A stretch of 64,000 nt of DNA. Source: Dehalococcoidia bacterium (GTDB lineage: Bacteria; Chloroflexota; Dehalococcoidia; Lucifugimonadales; UBA1123). Positions 28,569 through 39,276 of the stretch are shown piece by piece. The position numbers and the translations under genes were made by a program. The notes under the pieces are model-generated. The model made no database searches. It worked only from the letters and a program-made list of their open reading frames with translations, and was not told the DNA's origin. The DNA lies in assembly GCA_965249365.1 (NCBI GenBank), contig OZ252229.1, forward strand, positions 2,117,893 to 2,181,892, given 5' to 3'. Positions within the stretch are counted from its first letter, which is position 1. Each line of letters begins with the position of its first letter.

Positions 28569-28676
28569 GCACGACCCTCCCGGGCACAGCTACTACCGTC
28601 GACCACACAGCGCATCCGCGCCGAGTTTAGGTTCACCGACGGAGTCGAGTCAACACTGGAGATACCCAACTCAGGG

Positions 28677-28705
28677 TTGCGTTGCGAGGCCTATTTGGCT
28701 ATAGT
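28677..28705 (+). promoter_or_regulatory. Putative promoter (TTGCGT-17 nt-TATAGT)
   Basis: The hexamers were read directly, about 120 nt upstream of the ATG at 28826. Confidence 0.3.
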
Positions 28706-28825
28706 TGGGCGAGTTTGAACGGGCCTGCTTTCTCGTTGGCGCGTACTAGCGTCGCCGAGACTTTCGGGCCAATTGTGGCAATGGCCAGGCGCCGTGAAAC
28801 GCTGAATCACAAGGAGCGAAACGGG

Positions 28826-29851
28826 ATGGCTACATCCAACGTCAACGGAGAGTTAGTCCTCGACGTTAGAGACCTCCGGACCTACTTCGTCACACGCTGG
28901 GGCGTGGTGAAGGCTGTCGACGGTGTCAGCTTCCAGCTCAGGCGCGGCGAGACGCTCGGCATTGTCGGAGAGTCCGGTTCCGGAAAGTCCGTAACGAGCC
29001 TCTCCGTAATGCGCCTCGTTCCTTCTCCTCCCGGTCACATCGTGGGGGGCGAGGTGCTGCTGGAGGGCGAGGACATCCTTCAGCTCGACGAGAGTGAAAT
29101 GGAGCACGTTCGCGGTCGGCGGATCGGTATGGTCCTCCAGGACCCGATGACGGCGCTCAACCCGGTGTTCGATATCGAAGACCAGGTCGGCGAGGCGCTG
29201 AAGATACACCGCGGACTCGGAGGCGAGGCGCTGAAGGGCGCCGTTGTCGACATGCTTCGCAAGGTGAGGATCCCGGCCCCTGAGATCAGGATGAGGGACT
29301 ACCCCCACCAGCTTTCCGGGGGAATGCGCCAGCGCGTCGTCGGTGCCATCGGAATCTCCTGCGACCCGGTCGTGCTGATCGCCGACGAGCCGACCACCTC
29401 ACTCGACGCCACGATTCAGGCACAGTATCTCCGACTGCTCAGAGAGCTGCAGGAGTCCACCGGCGTAGGGATCATATTCATCACTCACGATTTCGGAATC
29501 GTGGCCAAGATGTGCGACCGCGTTGCCGTCATGTACGCGGGCCGAATCGTCGAGCAGGGCAATGTCCGCCAGATCTTCAACAACCCGTCTCACCCGTACA
29601 CCGAGGCGCTGATCCAGTCGGTGCCGAAGATGGAGGAGACCGAAGAGCGCCTGTACTCGATTCCAGGCCAGCCGCCGGCCCTTTGGGACCTTTCCGAGGG
29701 CTGCTCATTCGCCCCGAGATGCAGGTACACCGTCGACAAATGCCTGGAAGAGTATCCGCCAATCTTCGATGTCGGTGCTGGCCAGACCGCGGCCTGCTGG
29801 CTCCGTGAGAGTGAGGGAGTTCAGGTCGGCGCGGCCGCGAGCGGCGACTAA
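28826..29851 (+). CDS. ABC transporter ATP-binding protein (DppD/OppD-type)
   Basis: Contains Walker A GESGSGKS, signature LSGGMRQR, Walker [12 protein letters not shown], and an oligopeptide C-terminal domain (CSFAPRC). The ATG at 28826 has an AAGGAG Shine-Dalgarno. Confidence 0.9.
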   Translation: MATSNVNGELVLDVRDLRTYFVTRWGVVKAVDGVSFQLRRGETLGIVGESGSGKSVTSLSVMRLVPSPPGHIVGGEVLLEGEDILQLDESEMEHVRGRRIGMVLQDPMTALNPVFDIEDQVGEALKIHRGLGGEALKGAVVDMLRKVRIPAPEIRMRDYPHQLSGGMRQRVVGAIGISCDPVVLIADEPTTSLDATIQAQYLRLLRELQESTGVGIIFITHDFGIVAKMCDRVAVMYAGRIVEQGNVRQIFNNPSHPYTEALIQSVPKMEETEERLYSIPGQPPALWDLSEGCSFAPRCRYTVDKCLEEYPPIFDVGAGQTAACWLRESEGVQVGAAASGD

Positions 29852-29868
29852 CTGCGAGGTTCTCAACA

Positions 29869-30870
29869 ATGACAAGCCAACGCGAAGTGAACGGCGCGTT
29901 CGTGACCGACGGCTCGCTCCTCCAAGTCCGGGAGCTCAAGAAGCATTTCCCCGTTGGAGCGGGATTCTTGAGTCGAAGTCGGGCCATGCTGAAGGCCGTC
30001 GACGGGATCTCTTTCGGTATTGAAGAGGGTAAGACCTACGGCCTCGTTGGAGAGTCCGGATGCGGCAAGTCCACCACGGCCAAGCTCATCCTCCAACTCG
30101 AAGAGCCAACGGAGGGCACATTCTACTTCCAGGGTCAGGACGGCACCCAACTCACTCGGGATGAGACGCGAAACTACAAAGCCAACGTTCAGGCCGTCTT
30201 CCAGGACCCTTGGGCCTCGCTCAATCCCAGAATGCGCGTCGGCAGTATCATCGGTGAGCCTCTGGAAGTGAACAGCCCGATGACCAAGGGTGAGATACGT
30301 ACCCGAGTCGGCGAGTTGCTCGAAGAGGTCGGCCTCCAAGAGTACCAGGCCAACCTGTTCCCGCACGAGTTCTCAGGCGGTCAGCGGCAGAGAATCGGAG
30401 TAGCCAGGGCCCTCGCCCTCAACCCGAAGCTGATCATTCTCGACGAGCCGGTCTCTGCGCTCGACGTGTCGATTCGGGCACAGATAATGAACCTCCTCGA
30501 GGACCTGCAGGACGAGCACAACCTGACGTATCTGTTGATCGCGCATCACCTCGCCACCGTTCGATATATGTGCGACAAGGTCGGCGTAATGTACCTCGGA
30601 AGGATCGTGGAAGAAGCGGAGACCGACGAGTTGTACGACAACCCGCTGCATCCCTACACCCGCGCCCTGATGTCCGCCGCTCTCCCTTCCCATCCCGACA
30701 TCGAGCGAGAAGAGATCATTCTCACGGGAGAGGTCCCATCGCCGGTCGATCCGCCGGAGGGATGCCACTTCCACCCGCGCTGCCCTTCCCGGTTTGAGCC
30801 GTGCGACGAACAGGTGCCGGTGGAGATCGAACCGGCGCCGGGACACCGAGTGGTGTGCCACCTCTACTGA
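29869..30870 (+). CDS. ABC transporter ATP-binding protein (DppF/OppF-type)
   Basis: Contains GESGCGKST, FSGGQRQR, LILDEPVSALD and CHFHPRC. Confidence 0.9.
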   Translation: MTSQREVNGAFVTDGSLLQVRELKKHFPVGAGFLSRSRAMLKAVDGISFGIEEGKTYGLVGESGCGKSTTAKLILQLEEPTEGTFYFQGQDGTQLTRDETRNYKANVQAVFQDPWASLNPRMRVGSIIGEPLEVNSPMTKGEIRTRVGELLEEVGLQEYQANLFPHEFSGGQRQRIGVARALALNPKLIILDEPVSALDVSIRAQIMNLLEDLQDEHNLTYLLIAHHLATVRYMCDKVGVMYLGRIVEEAETDELYDNPLHPYTRALMSAALPSHPDIEREEIILTGEVPSPVDPPEGCHFHPRCPSRFEPCDEQVPVEIEPAPGHRVVCHLY

Positions 30871-31028
30871 CGGCCGATTAGCAGGTAGAGACTGTCGCAC
30901 AGGGCACACCTTCCGAGCGTGCCCTTGGCTTGTGTCATGATTGCTTGCGTCAGACGGCCGCGCGAGTGTGTGGCCCTGAGGTTGAGGAGAGGAGCACCGG
31001 CGCGGTCGCACTCCCCGCTGCGGTGTGA

Positions 31029-32849
31029 CTACCTCAGCTTGATCGTTCGGACGTTGTTGATCGTGCCGAGGTTCTGGTTCGCGGTCGGACGCATGTCCCA
31101 CTCGGCGATCAGATCGGGGTTGTACGCCGGCCAGACCGGTTCCTCGAATAGCCCCACGCAGTTGGCCCACTTGCGGTTCTCGCTGTAGAACCGAGCTGCC
31201 AGCTCTTCCCGACTCGCCTTGTCTGGCTCACCCGCCATCGCAGCGTAGGCCTCCGCCGCGTAAGGGACCTCCTGACCGACTCCGTAGCCGCCGGCGCTGA
31301 AGCTGCTGACCGCAAATCCGTGCGCCCAGTCGTACGGGAAATTCGACTTGTTCTCGTCCCCGCAGATGGAGATACCGGGGATGCTGATCGTGCGGGATAC
31401 GAGACCCGGACGGTAGGTCGAGTACGGCGAACTGATCAGCTTGACCACGACCCCCAGCTCCTCGGCCCAGGTCTCCTTGATCGCCTCGCCAATTTCGGCG
31501 CCGGTCTCGTCCGCGCCTACCCACAGGCTCATCGAGAAGCCGCCGTCGTATCCGGCCTCGGTCAGAAGTGACCGGGCCATCTCGAAGTCTGTTCCCCAGC
31601 TCCACTCTTCGCGGTATTGGGAGTTGTTGGACGAGAGGTACGGCTGGTGGTTGACGAACCCGGTCTCTCCGAGAAGGTTCTCGACGAGCTCTTCACGCTC
31701 GATGGCCCAGGCCAATGCGTTCCTGACCTTTCGAGATCTCATCATAGACGGGGTGCCCTCGTCATAGTCGGGACCGGTTTCAAACGGGTCTCCCACCCAC
31801 GGCATTCCGGTTTCGCGGTCTCTGGTGAGCTCCTCGCCAGTCAGTGCGCTGAAGCGCTCCCAGTAGTTGCCCGTGAAGGAGATGCCCTGGATAGTGTTGA
31901 ACAGGCCTTTCTTCTGTAGCTCAAGTCCGCTCTCGGTGAGCTTCCGAAAGTCCTTGGCGGAGACCGCGGCTATGTGGGCCTTTCCCGCCTCAAGCGTCGC
32001 CCGACGGGATGCGGCGTCAGGGATCGCCAGCCAGTGGATGCTGTCGACGAACGGGCCCAGACCCAGCGCCGTTCCGTAGTAGTTGGGGTTGGCGCTGAGG
32101 AGGATACCGTCCTCGGGGGTCCAGCGGTCCGCTACAAATGCGCCGACACCCACGTACATGTCGTTCATGCCATCGACGCCAGTGGCGTCGAACACGCTCT
32201 TGGACACGATGCCGGCGGTCTGCCAGAATCGGGAGAACCGGTGGAGCATGCCTCGGGAGTCGTAGCTGCGATAGTTGAGCCTCACCCTGTACGGCTCGAG
32301 AGCGACGATCGAGCGGATCAGCGGCGCGAAGTCGCCGGCCTGCCCGTGAGTGGACTCCGGGTTGGTGACGGAATTGGCGTCGTTGTACGTGAAAGCCACA
32401 TCTTCGGCGGTCATCTCGCCCCAGTCGCCATGGAACATCACCCCCTGCCTCAGCGTGATGTCGCCAAACTCCAGCGAGGGGTCCAGCGTGAAGTCGAGGG
32501 CGAGCATCGGCTCCGTGGATATCATCCCGTTGGCGTCGGCTCTGGAGTTGAACAGCACCTCGGTTATGCCTGACAAGTAGATGTTCTCTGAGCATCCGGC
32601 GGTGCAGAATCTTGGGAGGCCGTTGGGTGAGCCCACACCTGCTACTGCTATGAGCAGATGGCCGGACGGCTTCGGCGCCGAGACGCCGGATTTGGCGGGC
32701 GCCGGGGCAGCGGTGGGCTGCAGAGAGGGGGCTGCTGTCGGCCGGGGATCGGGAGAGGAGTCCTCCGCAGGCTCGTCACCGCCGCACGCGACCGTCAACG
32801 CCAGTAGTGCTGCTAGCGCGAGTGCCGGAGCTATGACTTTGACGGGCAT
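31029..32849 (-). CDS. ABC transporter substrate-binding lipoprotein, family 5 (peptide/nickel)
   Basis: 606 aa with a signal peptide and lipobox (LTVAC). The length and sequence character fit SBP_bac_5. Confidence 0.8.
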   Translation of the reverse strand: MPVKVIAPALALAALLALTVACGGDEPAEDSSPDPRPTAAPSLQPTAAPAPAKSGVSAPKPSGHLLIAVAGVGSPNGLPRFCTAGCSENIYLSGITEVLFNSRADANGMISTEPMLALDFTLDPSLEFGDITLRQGVMFHGDWGEMTAEDVAFTYNDANSVTNPESTHGQAGDFAPLIRSIVALEPYRVRLNYRSYDSRGMLHRFSRFWQTAGIVSKSVFDATGVDGMNDMYVGVGAFVADRWTPEDGILLSANPNYYGTALGLGPFVDSIHWLAIPDAASRRATLEAGKAHIAAVSAKDFRKLTESGLELQKKGLFNTIQGISFTGNYWERFSALTGEELTRDRETGMPWVGDPFETGPDYDEGTPSMMRSRKVRNALAWAIEREELVENLLGETGFVNHQPYLSSNNSQYREEWSWGTDFEMARSLLTEAGYDGGFSMSLWVGADETGAEIGEAIKETWAEELGVVVKLISSPYSTYRPGLVSRTISIPGISICGDENKSNFPYDWAHGFAVSSFSAGGYGVGQEVPYAAEAYAAMAGEPDKASREELAARFYSENRKWANCVGLFEEPVWPAYNPDLIAEWDMRPTANQNLGTINNVRTIKLR

Positions 32850-33000
32850 CTACGGTCGCGAATTCTCGGACTCACGGTGGGGAGGTCTTGACGTCCTTGG
32901 CGCAGTCTAATCGCCGCGGCTCACCAAAAGCAACGGTTTACAGACCAACAACGACCCGCTAGTCTTTCCCGCGGCATGCCGAACAGCAGGGAGGCTGACA

Positions 33001-33645
33001 GTGATCGGATTCATCGGCGGCACCGGACCGGAGGGCAGGGGACTGGCGCTGCGACTCGCGATGGCTGGAGAGGCCGTCATGATCGGCTCCCGCGACGCGC
33101 AGCGTGCTGCCGATGCGGCTGAATCCGTCGACAGCCTCGCCCAGGGCCTAAGTGTTCGCGGCGGACTCAACGAGGCCGTCGCCGCTGAATCAGACCTCGT
33201 ATTCATCGCGGTCCCGTACTCGGGACACAGGTCGACAGTCGAGGCGCTCCGGCCCACGCTAGACGGAAAACTCGTTGTGGATGTCGTCGCCCCCCTGGAG
33301 TTCGGCAGAGGAGGCGCGACGGCGGTCGACGTGCCTGAAGGCTCGGCGGCAGAGCAGGCCCAGGCCGCGCTTCCTAACTCAACGGTCGTTGGAGCGTTTC
33401 ATAACTTGAGCGCCGAAGAGTTGCTGAAGCCAGAGCTGGCGGTGGACTCCGATGTAATCGTCTGCGCCAATGACCGCGAGGCGAAGTCGCAAGTGATGGA
33501 GCTCGCGGAAAAGATCGAAGGGGTCCGTGCCGTCGACGGCGGCGCACTCCACAACTCGAAGTACGTCGAAGACCTGACCGCGCTTCTGATCAACATCAAC
33601 CGCATCTACAGAGTCCACTCGACCATCAAAATCGGAGGGATTTAG
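33001..33645 (+). CDS. npdG: NADPH-dependent F420 reductase
   Basis: 214 aa. It has the N-terminal IGFIGGTGPEGRGLALRLA..G..V.IGSR and overall NpdG-like length. Confidence 0.75.
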   Translation: MIGFIGGTGPEGRGLALRLAMAGEAVMIGSRDAQRAADAAESVDSLAQGLSVRGGLNEAVAAESDLVFIAVPYSGHRSTVEALRPTLDGKLVVDVVAPLEFGRGGATAVDVPEGSAAEQAQAALPNSTVVGAFHNLSAEELLKPELAVDSDVIVCANDREAKSQVMELAEKIEGVRAVDGGALHNSKYVEDLTALLININRIYRVHSTIKIGGI

Positions 33646-33675
33646 ATCCCGATTGAATTGAGGAGCGCCTGAACC

Positions 33676-34893
33676 ATGATACTAACCCTGATGGCGGCGG
33701 TCATGCTCCTGGGTCCCAATGGCGCCCCGGACCTTCAGGTTGCCGGGTCGACAGCGCCCACGGTCAGGGTAATCCGGTCCTCCCATCAGGTTGACTTCCC
33801 TAACCGCTTCGTGCTCACCGTACACGCAGAGACGGAGTCCAGGATCGGCGGCGCGAAGCTCTTCTACACCGTCGGCGATGCCCCGATTCAGATCTTCGCG
33901 TATCCGACTCGTCTGTCCACCGAGGACGGCGTCGTCGCCAGCTTCGAGATCGAGACCGGCCAGCGTGGCTTCATACCGCAGGGTGTCAATGTAGAGTACT
34001 ACTACGTCTTTACTGACGATCAGGGACACGAAAGTCGGTCCGCCAGCTTCACGTTCGAGTACCTCGACGATCGCTACCGCTGGGAGCGACTCGTAGAAGA
34101 CGACTACACCCTGCTCTGGCACGACCGGCCCAGGGCGCAGGTCGAACGGGCCGCGGCCGACGTCTCTTCCCGTCTCGCCCGGGTCAGGAGGCTGTTCGGA
34201 AACACCGACGACTATGACTTCAAGGTCGTGCTGGTCAACAGCCGTCGTGAGAGTCGCAGCAGCTTCCCCTCCGTCAGCCAGACGGCCCAGGACGTCTCAC
34301 TGTACGGCGGATTCGCCTTCTCGGACTACGGCGCCATAGTTCTCGGCGGTCTGAGCACTGACGCATTGATCCACGAGCTGGCGCACCTGATGCTCGATCG
34401 CGCCATGGACTCGCCTCGCGCAAGGGTCCCGGCGTGGCTGAACGAAGGCCTCGCGATGTCCTTCGAGCGGGACGCGCATTACAGGGACTCCGACGTCCAG
34501 ATCGCTCACAAGAGTGGGTCTCTCCTCAAGCTCCGTCACATGCGGACAGTACCCGGCAAACCGGACGACGTCCGGCTCTTCTACGCCCAGTCCGCCGGCA
34601 TCGTCCGCTACCTGCTCGACGAGTTCGGCGATGAGAGCATGTCGGCGCTCTTGGCGAGCATGAACGAGGGAACGGACATCGAGGAAGCCCTCAAAGACGT
34701 GTACGGGCACGACGTCGAGGGGCTCGACCGCGCATGGCGGTCGCATCTTTCCGGCGACCGGTCGATCGGCGACTTCGCGGACCCCGGAACGCTGGGCACG
34801 GCGGCCCTGATCGGCGGCGCTGTCGCGGTTACGGCCTCCGTCGTCGGGGTCCGCTGGCTCAAGCGCGCCCTGCGGTCCGAGCCCGGCGCATAG
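33676..34893 (+). CDS. Peptidase MA-like metallohydrolase with C-terminal TM anchor
   Basis: 405 aa. It has the HExxH motif IHELAHLM, the downstream WLNEGLAMSFE, and a C-terminal hydrophobic helix. Confidence 0.7.
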   Translation: MILTLMAAVMLLGPNGAPDLQVAGSTAPTVRVIRSSHQVDFPNRFVLTVHAETESRIGGAKLFYTVGDAPIQIFAYPTRLSTEDGVVASFEIETGQRGFIPQGVNVEYYYVFTDDQGHESRSASFTFEYLDDRYRWERLVEDDYTLLWHDRPRAQVERAAADVSSRLARVRRLFGNTDDYDFKVVLVNSRRESRSSFPSVSQTAQDVSLYGGFAFSDYGAIVLGGLSTDALIHELAHLMLDRAMDSPRARVPAWLNEGLAMSFERDAHYRDSDVQIAHKSGSLLKLRHMRTVPGKPDDVRLFYAQSAGIVRYLLDEFGDESMSALLASMNEGTDIEEALKDVYGHDVEGLDRAWRSHLSGDRSIGDFADPGTLGTAALIGGAVAVTASVVGVRWLKRALRSEPGA

Positions 34894-34907
34894 CCCCGGC
34901 TCTCGCG

Positions 34908-36041
34908 ATGTCCGCCAGATCTGCCTTCTTCTACGACGATCGGATGACGCGTCACGTCCTGAGCGACACGCACCCGATGAAACCGGTACGCTTGCGGTAC
35001 ACCTACGAGCTGCTCGAGGCGTACCGCGCTTTCGACGGGGAACGCTCGACACTGGAGACTCCAAGAGAAGCCACACCCGCCGAGCTCGGCTGGTTTCACA
35101 CGCCGGAGTACGTCTCTGGCGTCGAGTCGGTCAGCATGGGTGACCCGTCGGTGGACCCCGCCGAGTTCAATCTCGGGCCCGGAGACAACCCCGCCTATCC
35201 GGGAATCTACGACGCAGCTCTCCTATCGACCGGCGCCTCGGTCGCCGCGGCCGATCTCCTGATCGCGGGGAATGTCGATCGGGCCATCAACATCTCTGGC
35301 GGGCTGCACCACTCGATGCCCGACCACGCCTACGGGTTCTGCGTCTTCAACGATCCAGTCATCGCTATCCACCGCTTCCTTCGAGAGGGGATGCGGGTCG
35401 CCTACGTGGACATTGACTGTCACCACGGCGACGGCGTCCAGCACGCGTTCTACTCGACTGACAGGGTCCTCACGATCTCGATCCACGAGTCCGGCGCGTT
35501 CCTGTTCCCGGGAACCGGATACGTCCAGGAGACCGGAGCGGGCCGCGGCCGCGGATACTCGGTGAACATCCCACTCTACCCGTACACGTCCGACGAGGTC
35601 TACCTATGGGCGTTCCGCCAGACAGTTCCGCAGCTTCTCCGCGCTTTCCGCCCGGACGTTCTGGTCACCCAAATAGGCATCGACTCCCACTACAGGGACC
35701 CAATTACCCACCTTGCGCTGACCGTCCAGGGATTCGCCGCCGTTGTTTCCGAGCTGGCTCGGTCGGCTCCGGGCCGCTGGCTCGCCCTTGGAGGAGGGGG
35801 CTACGATCTGCAGGCGGTGGCGCGCGCTTGGACGATGGCCTACGGCGTTCTCTCAGACCAGACGTTCCCGAACGAGATCCCTGAGAGCTACGTGCGGGAG
35901 TACGACGTTGTGTCCCTGAGCGATTCCGATGAGCTGCCGCTGGGAGATCAGTCTCTGAGAGACTCCCGATCGTTCGCCGAGGCGAGCGTACAGTCAGTAC
36001 AGAGGCTCATCTTCCCAACCCACGGAATAACGGACGCCTGA
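34908..36041 (+). CDS. Histone deacetylase-family amidohydrolase (AcuC/acetylpolyamine amidohydrolase-like)
   Basis: Contains GGLHH, FCVFND, VDIDCHHGDG and GGGGY. The ATG at 34908 is chosen; the upstream extension in the track overlaps the previous gene. Confidence 0.85.
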   Translation: MSARSAFFYDDRMTRHVLSDTHPMKPVRLRYTYELLEAYRAFDGERSTLETPREATPAELGWFHTPEYVSGVESVSMGDPSVDPAEFNLGPGDNPAYPGIYDAALLSTGASVAAADLLIAGNVDRAINISGGLHHSMPDHAYGFCVFNDPVIAIHRFLREGMRVAYVDIDCHHGDGVQHAFYSTDRVLTISIHESGAFLFPGTGYVQETGAGRGRGYSVNIPLYPYTSDEVYLWAFRQTVPQLLRAFRPDVLVTQIGIDSHYRDPITHLALTVQGFAAVVSELARSAPGRWLALGGGGYDLQAVARAWTMAYGVLSDQTFPNEIPESYVREYDVVSLSDSDELPLGDQSLRDSRSFAEASVQSVQRLIFPTHGITDA

Positions 36042-36048
36042 GCGGCCG

Positions 36049-36954
36049 TCAGAAGGCTGTATCGCCCAGGGCCCACCCCAGAGCGTCGTCGATGTCGGGA
36101 TGAGCGAACGAGAATCCGCTCGCCACCAGACGTGTCGGGCGCATCCTGAGACTCGATACCACTACTTCCGAAAGGTCTCCCTGCGCGATTCGCAGCGCGA
36201 ACTTCGGCACCGCGAAGAGCGCGGGCCGGCGCACCGCGCGAGCCAGCGCGCGGGTGAACTCGGAGTTGGTAATCGGGTTCGGCGACGTGACGTTCACTGG
36301 ACCCACGATGTCGGATCGTTCCAGCGCCCAGACAGTCGCGGCGATCACGTCGGAGCGCGTGACCCAGCTCATGTACTGTTTGCCTGATCCGAGCGTTCCT
36401 CCGAGGCCGAGCCTGAAGATCGGCAAGACGCGCTTTAGCATACCGCCCGCAGCCGACTGCACGACGCTGATGCGCAGGTTGACCACTCGGATTCCCGCGG
36501 CCGAAGCCGCCTCCCCCGCGAGCTCCCAATCCCTCGTCGTCTCGGCCAGGAATCCTGTACCGGGCGCCGATCCCTCCTCGAGCTCCTCGTCTCCGCGATC
36601 GCCGTAGTATCCTCCGGCGGACGCGCACATGAGGACCGACGGAGGTCGATCGAGCGTTGCGAGTGTCTCTGCTAGAAGCGCGGTAGGCCCGACCCTGCTG
36701 TCGCGAATCCGACGCTTCTGGGCGTCAGACCAGCGCCGGTCGGCGACGTTCTCGCCGGCGAGGTGTACAACGGCGTCGAACCCCTCGAGGGTACCGGGAT
36801 CCACGATGCCCCTCGCTGGGTCCCAGACGGTACCGGCTCCAGAAAACCTCGACGAAGGTCGGAGGAGCCGCCTGACGTCGTGTCCGTTTGTCTCCAGCTC
36901 CCTGACCAGCGCCGACCCAATGAGCCCCGTAGAGCCCGATACCAAGCACTTCAT
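36049..36954 (-). CDS. TIGR01777-type NAD-dependent epimerase/dehydratase family protein (YfcH-like, DUF1731 C-terminus)
   Basis: 301 aa. It has the N-terminal VSGSTGLIGSAL and a C-terminal LSSLRMRPTRL..SGF.F pattern. Confidence 0.75.
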   Translation of the reverse strand: MKCLVSGSTGLIGSALVRELETNGHDVRRLLRPSSRFSGAGTVWDPARGIVDPGTLEGFDAVVHLAGENVADRRWSDAQKRRIRDSRVGPTALLAETLATLDRPPSVLMCASAGGYYGDRGDEELEEGSAPGTGFLAETTRDWELAGEAASAAGIRVVNLRISVVQSAAGGMLKRVLPIFRLGLGGTLGSGKQYMSWVTRSDVIAATVWALERSDIVGPVNVTSPNPITNSEFTRALARAVRRPALFAVPKFALRIAQGDLSEVVVSSLRMRPTRLVASGFSFAHPDIDDALGWALGDTAF

Positions 36955-37067
36955 TGTGGTTTTTCCTCGCTGCCACTAGGATGTCGCTCTACGCCCCGGG
37001 CTCCCACAGCGGACAGCTCTACGGGTCGTTGCGTCCGCCCGCGCTTCCCAGGAACGCTCCCGGCGAT

Positions 37068-37097
37068 TTTACACCAGTGCCGATCCACGCCTATAAT
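37068..37097 (+). promoter_or_regulatory. Putative promoter (TTTACA-18 nt-TATAAT) upstream of def
   Basis: The hexamers were read directly, about 35 nt upstream of the GTG at 37132. Confidence 0.35.
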
Positions 37098-37131
37098 TCG
37101 CTGACGTACCCTAACAGGCGCCCGCTACCTC

Positions 37132-37710
37132 GTGTCCACTCTCGAAATCCTCAAAATCCCCGATCCAATCTTGCGACGGCGCGCCAGAAAGGTGCGCCGC
37201 ATCGATAAGAAGCTGCTCGCGCTCGCCCATGACATGGTCGAGACGATTCGTGAAGCCGGGGGTGTGGGACTCGCCGCGAACCAGGTCGGTGAGCTCAAGC
37301 GGCTGGTGGTGATACAGCTTCCCGAAGAGGAAGAGGCACGCGTCTACATCAATCCGGAGATCCTGAGACGGCGGGGTGAACGCCAAATCGAAGAAGGATG
37401 CCTGAGTCATCCCGGATTCCGTGCGCAGGTCAACCGGTCGGTAGCCGTTCGTTTTGGGGCGCTCGACCACTCTGAGACCGCGATCCGGATCGACGCCGAG
37501 GAGCTCCTCGCCCAGGCTATCGAGCACGAGGTCGATCACCTCAACGGCATCCTCTATCTCGATCACCTCGTGGCGCACACGCAACCCTACGAGGTGGATG
37601 AAGAGGGCAACCGCATCGGCGAGCACGGTGAGTCCGAGGAAGACGCCACGCCGGCGAGTGAGGCCGATTCAGAGATTGAGGACACGCCTGCGTCCCTCAA
37701 AGTTACTTGA
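37132..37710 (+). CDS. def: Peptide deformylase with acidic C-terminal extension
   Basis: Carries the three PDF motifs GVGLAANQ, EGCLS and HEVDHL. Confidence 0.95.
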   Translation: MSTLEILKIPDPILRRRARKVRRIDKKLLALAHDMVETIREAGGVGLAANQVGELKRLVVIQLPEEEEARVYINPEILRRRGERQIEEGCLSHPGFRAQVNRSVAVRFGALDHSETAIRIDAEELLAQAIEHEVDHLNGILYLDHLVAHTQPYEVDEEGNRIGEHGESEEDATPASEADSEIEDTPASLKVT

Positions 37711-37797
37711 ACGCCGACAAATCCAGCGCCGGAGGTTGAGCGTGCCACCCGTCCGGGTGGCGCTTTAGATGTTGCGAAGAGGCGTATCTGGACGACT

Positions 37798-39276
37798 GTG
37801 AACCCATTCGACGATCAGACCAGAGAAATCGCGAGCCAGGCAGCCCGCCTTCTGGCCGGCCGGCGTTCGCCCGCGTACCTCGTCGGTGGCGCCGTTCGCG
37901 ATGCGCTGATGGGCCGGAAGACCAGGGATATCGACATCGCCGTCGAGGGTTCGGCCCATCGTTTGGGCGAGGCAATTGCGGGCGCTCTCGATGGGCACTT
38001 CGTCTCCCTGGACCCGGTGCGGGACATCTCGAGAGTCGTCGTCGATGTCGACGACGGAAGAGTCTGGATCGACCTGTCAAGCATGGACGGAGAGGGAATC
38101 GAGGCAGACCTTAAGGGCCGGGACTTTGCGATCGACGCGATCGCCGTCGACCTTGATGCGGCTTTGTCCGGCCGCTGGAAGTCGATCGATCCCCTCGGAG
38201 GCAAGGACGACGTCGAAAGACGGATCATCAGGGCCGTCTCGCCCACAGTGTTCAGAGACGATCCGTTGCGTCTACTGAGAGGGCTCAGGCTTGCCGCTGA
38301 GACCGGATTCGAACTCGACACTCCGACCGCGTCCCTGATCCAAGACCACGTTTCCCTCCTCTCAACCGCCTCCGCGGAGCGCGTCAGGGAGGAGTTGCTC
38401 AGAACGCTGTCGTGCCCGGGAGCCGGCGCATCTATCAGGCTGATGGATGACCTTGGGCTCCTGTCGGTCGTCATCCCCGAGCTGGACGATGCCAGGGGCG
38501 TCGAGCAGCCGCGAGAGCACTACTACGATGTCTTAGGCCACCTCCTCGCCGCAGTCGAACACGCCGACCAGATCGTTCATCGGCGATTCAACACCGGCTT
38601 CGTACGCGAACTCGTCCCCACGTTTGACGGGTTCCAGGATTACTTTGCGGAACAAGTATCCGACGGTCACAATAGGGGCACTCTGCTCAAGCTGACCGCG
38701 CTGCTGCACGACGTCGCGAAGCCGCAGACGCGTTCCGTCGAACCGTCCGGCCGAGTGCGCTTCTTCGGCCATTCGGAAGCTGGCGCTGAGGTTGTGGCCG
38801 AGGTTCTTCGAAGGCTTCGCTTCGGTCGCCGCGGGATCAGGCACGTGAGGACGATGGTGCTCTACCACCTCAGACCCGGCCAGATGGCGAAGAAGGGTGA
38901 GGTGCCGACCAGGCGCGCGATCAGCCGATATTACCGGGACCTGGGTGACGTTGCGCTGGACACAGTCTATCTCAACATGGCAGACTTTCTAGCGGCACGA
39001 GGCCCGATGATGACTCGTTCCAAGCTGAAGGAGCAGACCATCGTCGTCGACAGAATCCTCGAGGTCGGGCCCCGGTCGCGGCCAGAAGCGCCCGCGCCAA
39101 GGGGACTCCTGACAGGACACGATATAATGCGAGAATTCGACATACAACCCGGACCCGAGATCGGACGACTGCTCAGAGCGGTCGCCTCCGACGAGGCGGA
39201 AGGCCGGGTGGCGACCAGAGAGGAGGCCCTCGAGCTGGCCAGGGCGCACCTCGACTCTGGGGCAAGCCGTGGGTAG
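37798..39276 (+). CDS. cca: CCA tRNA nucleotidyltransferase (PolyA_pol head plus HD domain)
   Basis: Contains YLVGGAVRDALMG...DIDI, RD..INA-like, and the HD motif LLHDVAKP. Confidence 0.85.
   Translation: MNPFDDQTREIASQAARLLAGRRSPAYLVGGAVRDALMGRKTRDIDIAVEGSAHRLGEAIAGALDGHFVSLDPVRDISRVVVDVDDGRVWIDLSSMDGEGIEADLKGRDFAIDAIAVDLDAALSGRWKSIDPLGGKDDVERRIIRAVSPTVFRDDPLRLLRGLRLAAETGFELDTPTASLIQDHVSLLSTASAERVREELLRTLSCPGAGASIRLMDDLGLLSVVIPELDDARGVEQPREHYYDVLGHLLAAVEHADQIVHRRFNTGFVRELVPTFDGFQDYFAEQVSDGHNRGTLLKLTALLHDVAKPQTRSVEPSGRVRFFGHSEAGAEVVAEVLRRLRFGRRGIRHVRTMVLYHLRPGQMAKKGEVPTRRAISRYYRDLGDVALDTVYLNMADFLAARGPMMTRSKLKEQTIVVDRILEVGPRSRPEAPAPRGLLTGHDIMREFDIQPGPEIGRLLRAVASDEAEGRVATREEALELARAHLDSGASRG

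Noticed and set aside
34734-34907. Upstream extension of the deacetylase ORF
   Set aside because: The Arg/Gly/Pro-rich extension overlaps the 3' end of the MA-peptidase gene. The conserved deacetylase sequence starts right after the ATG at 34908.
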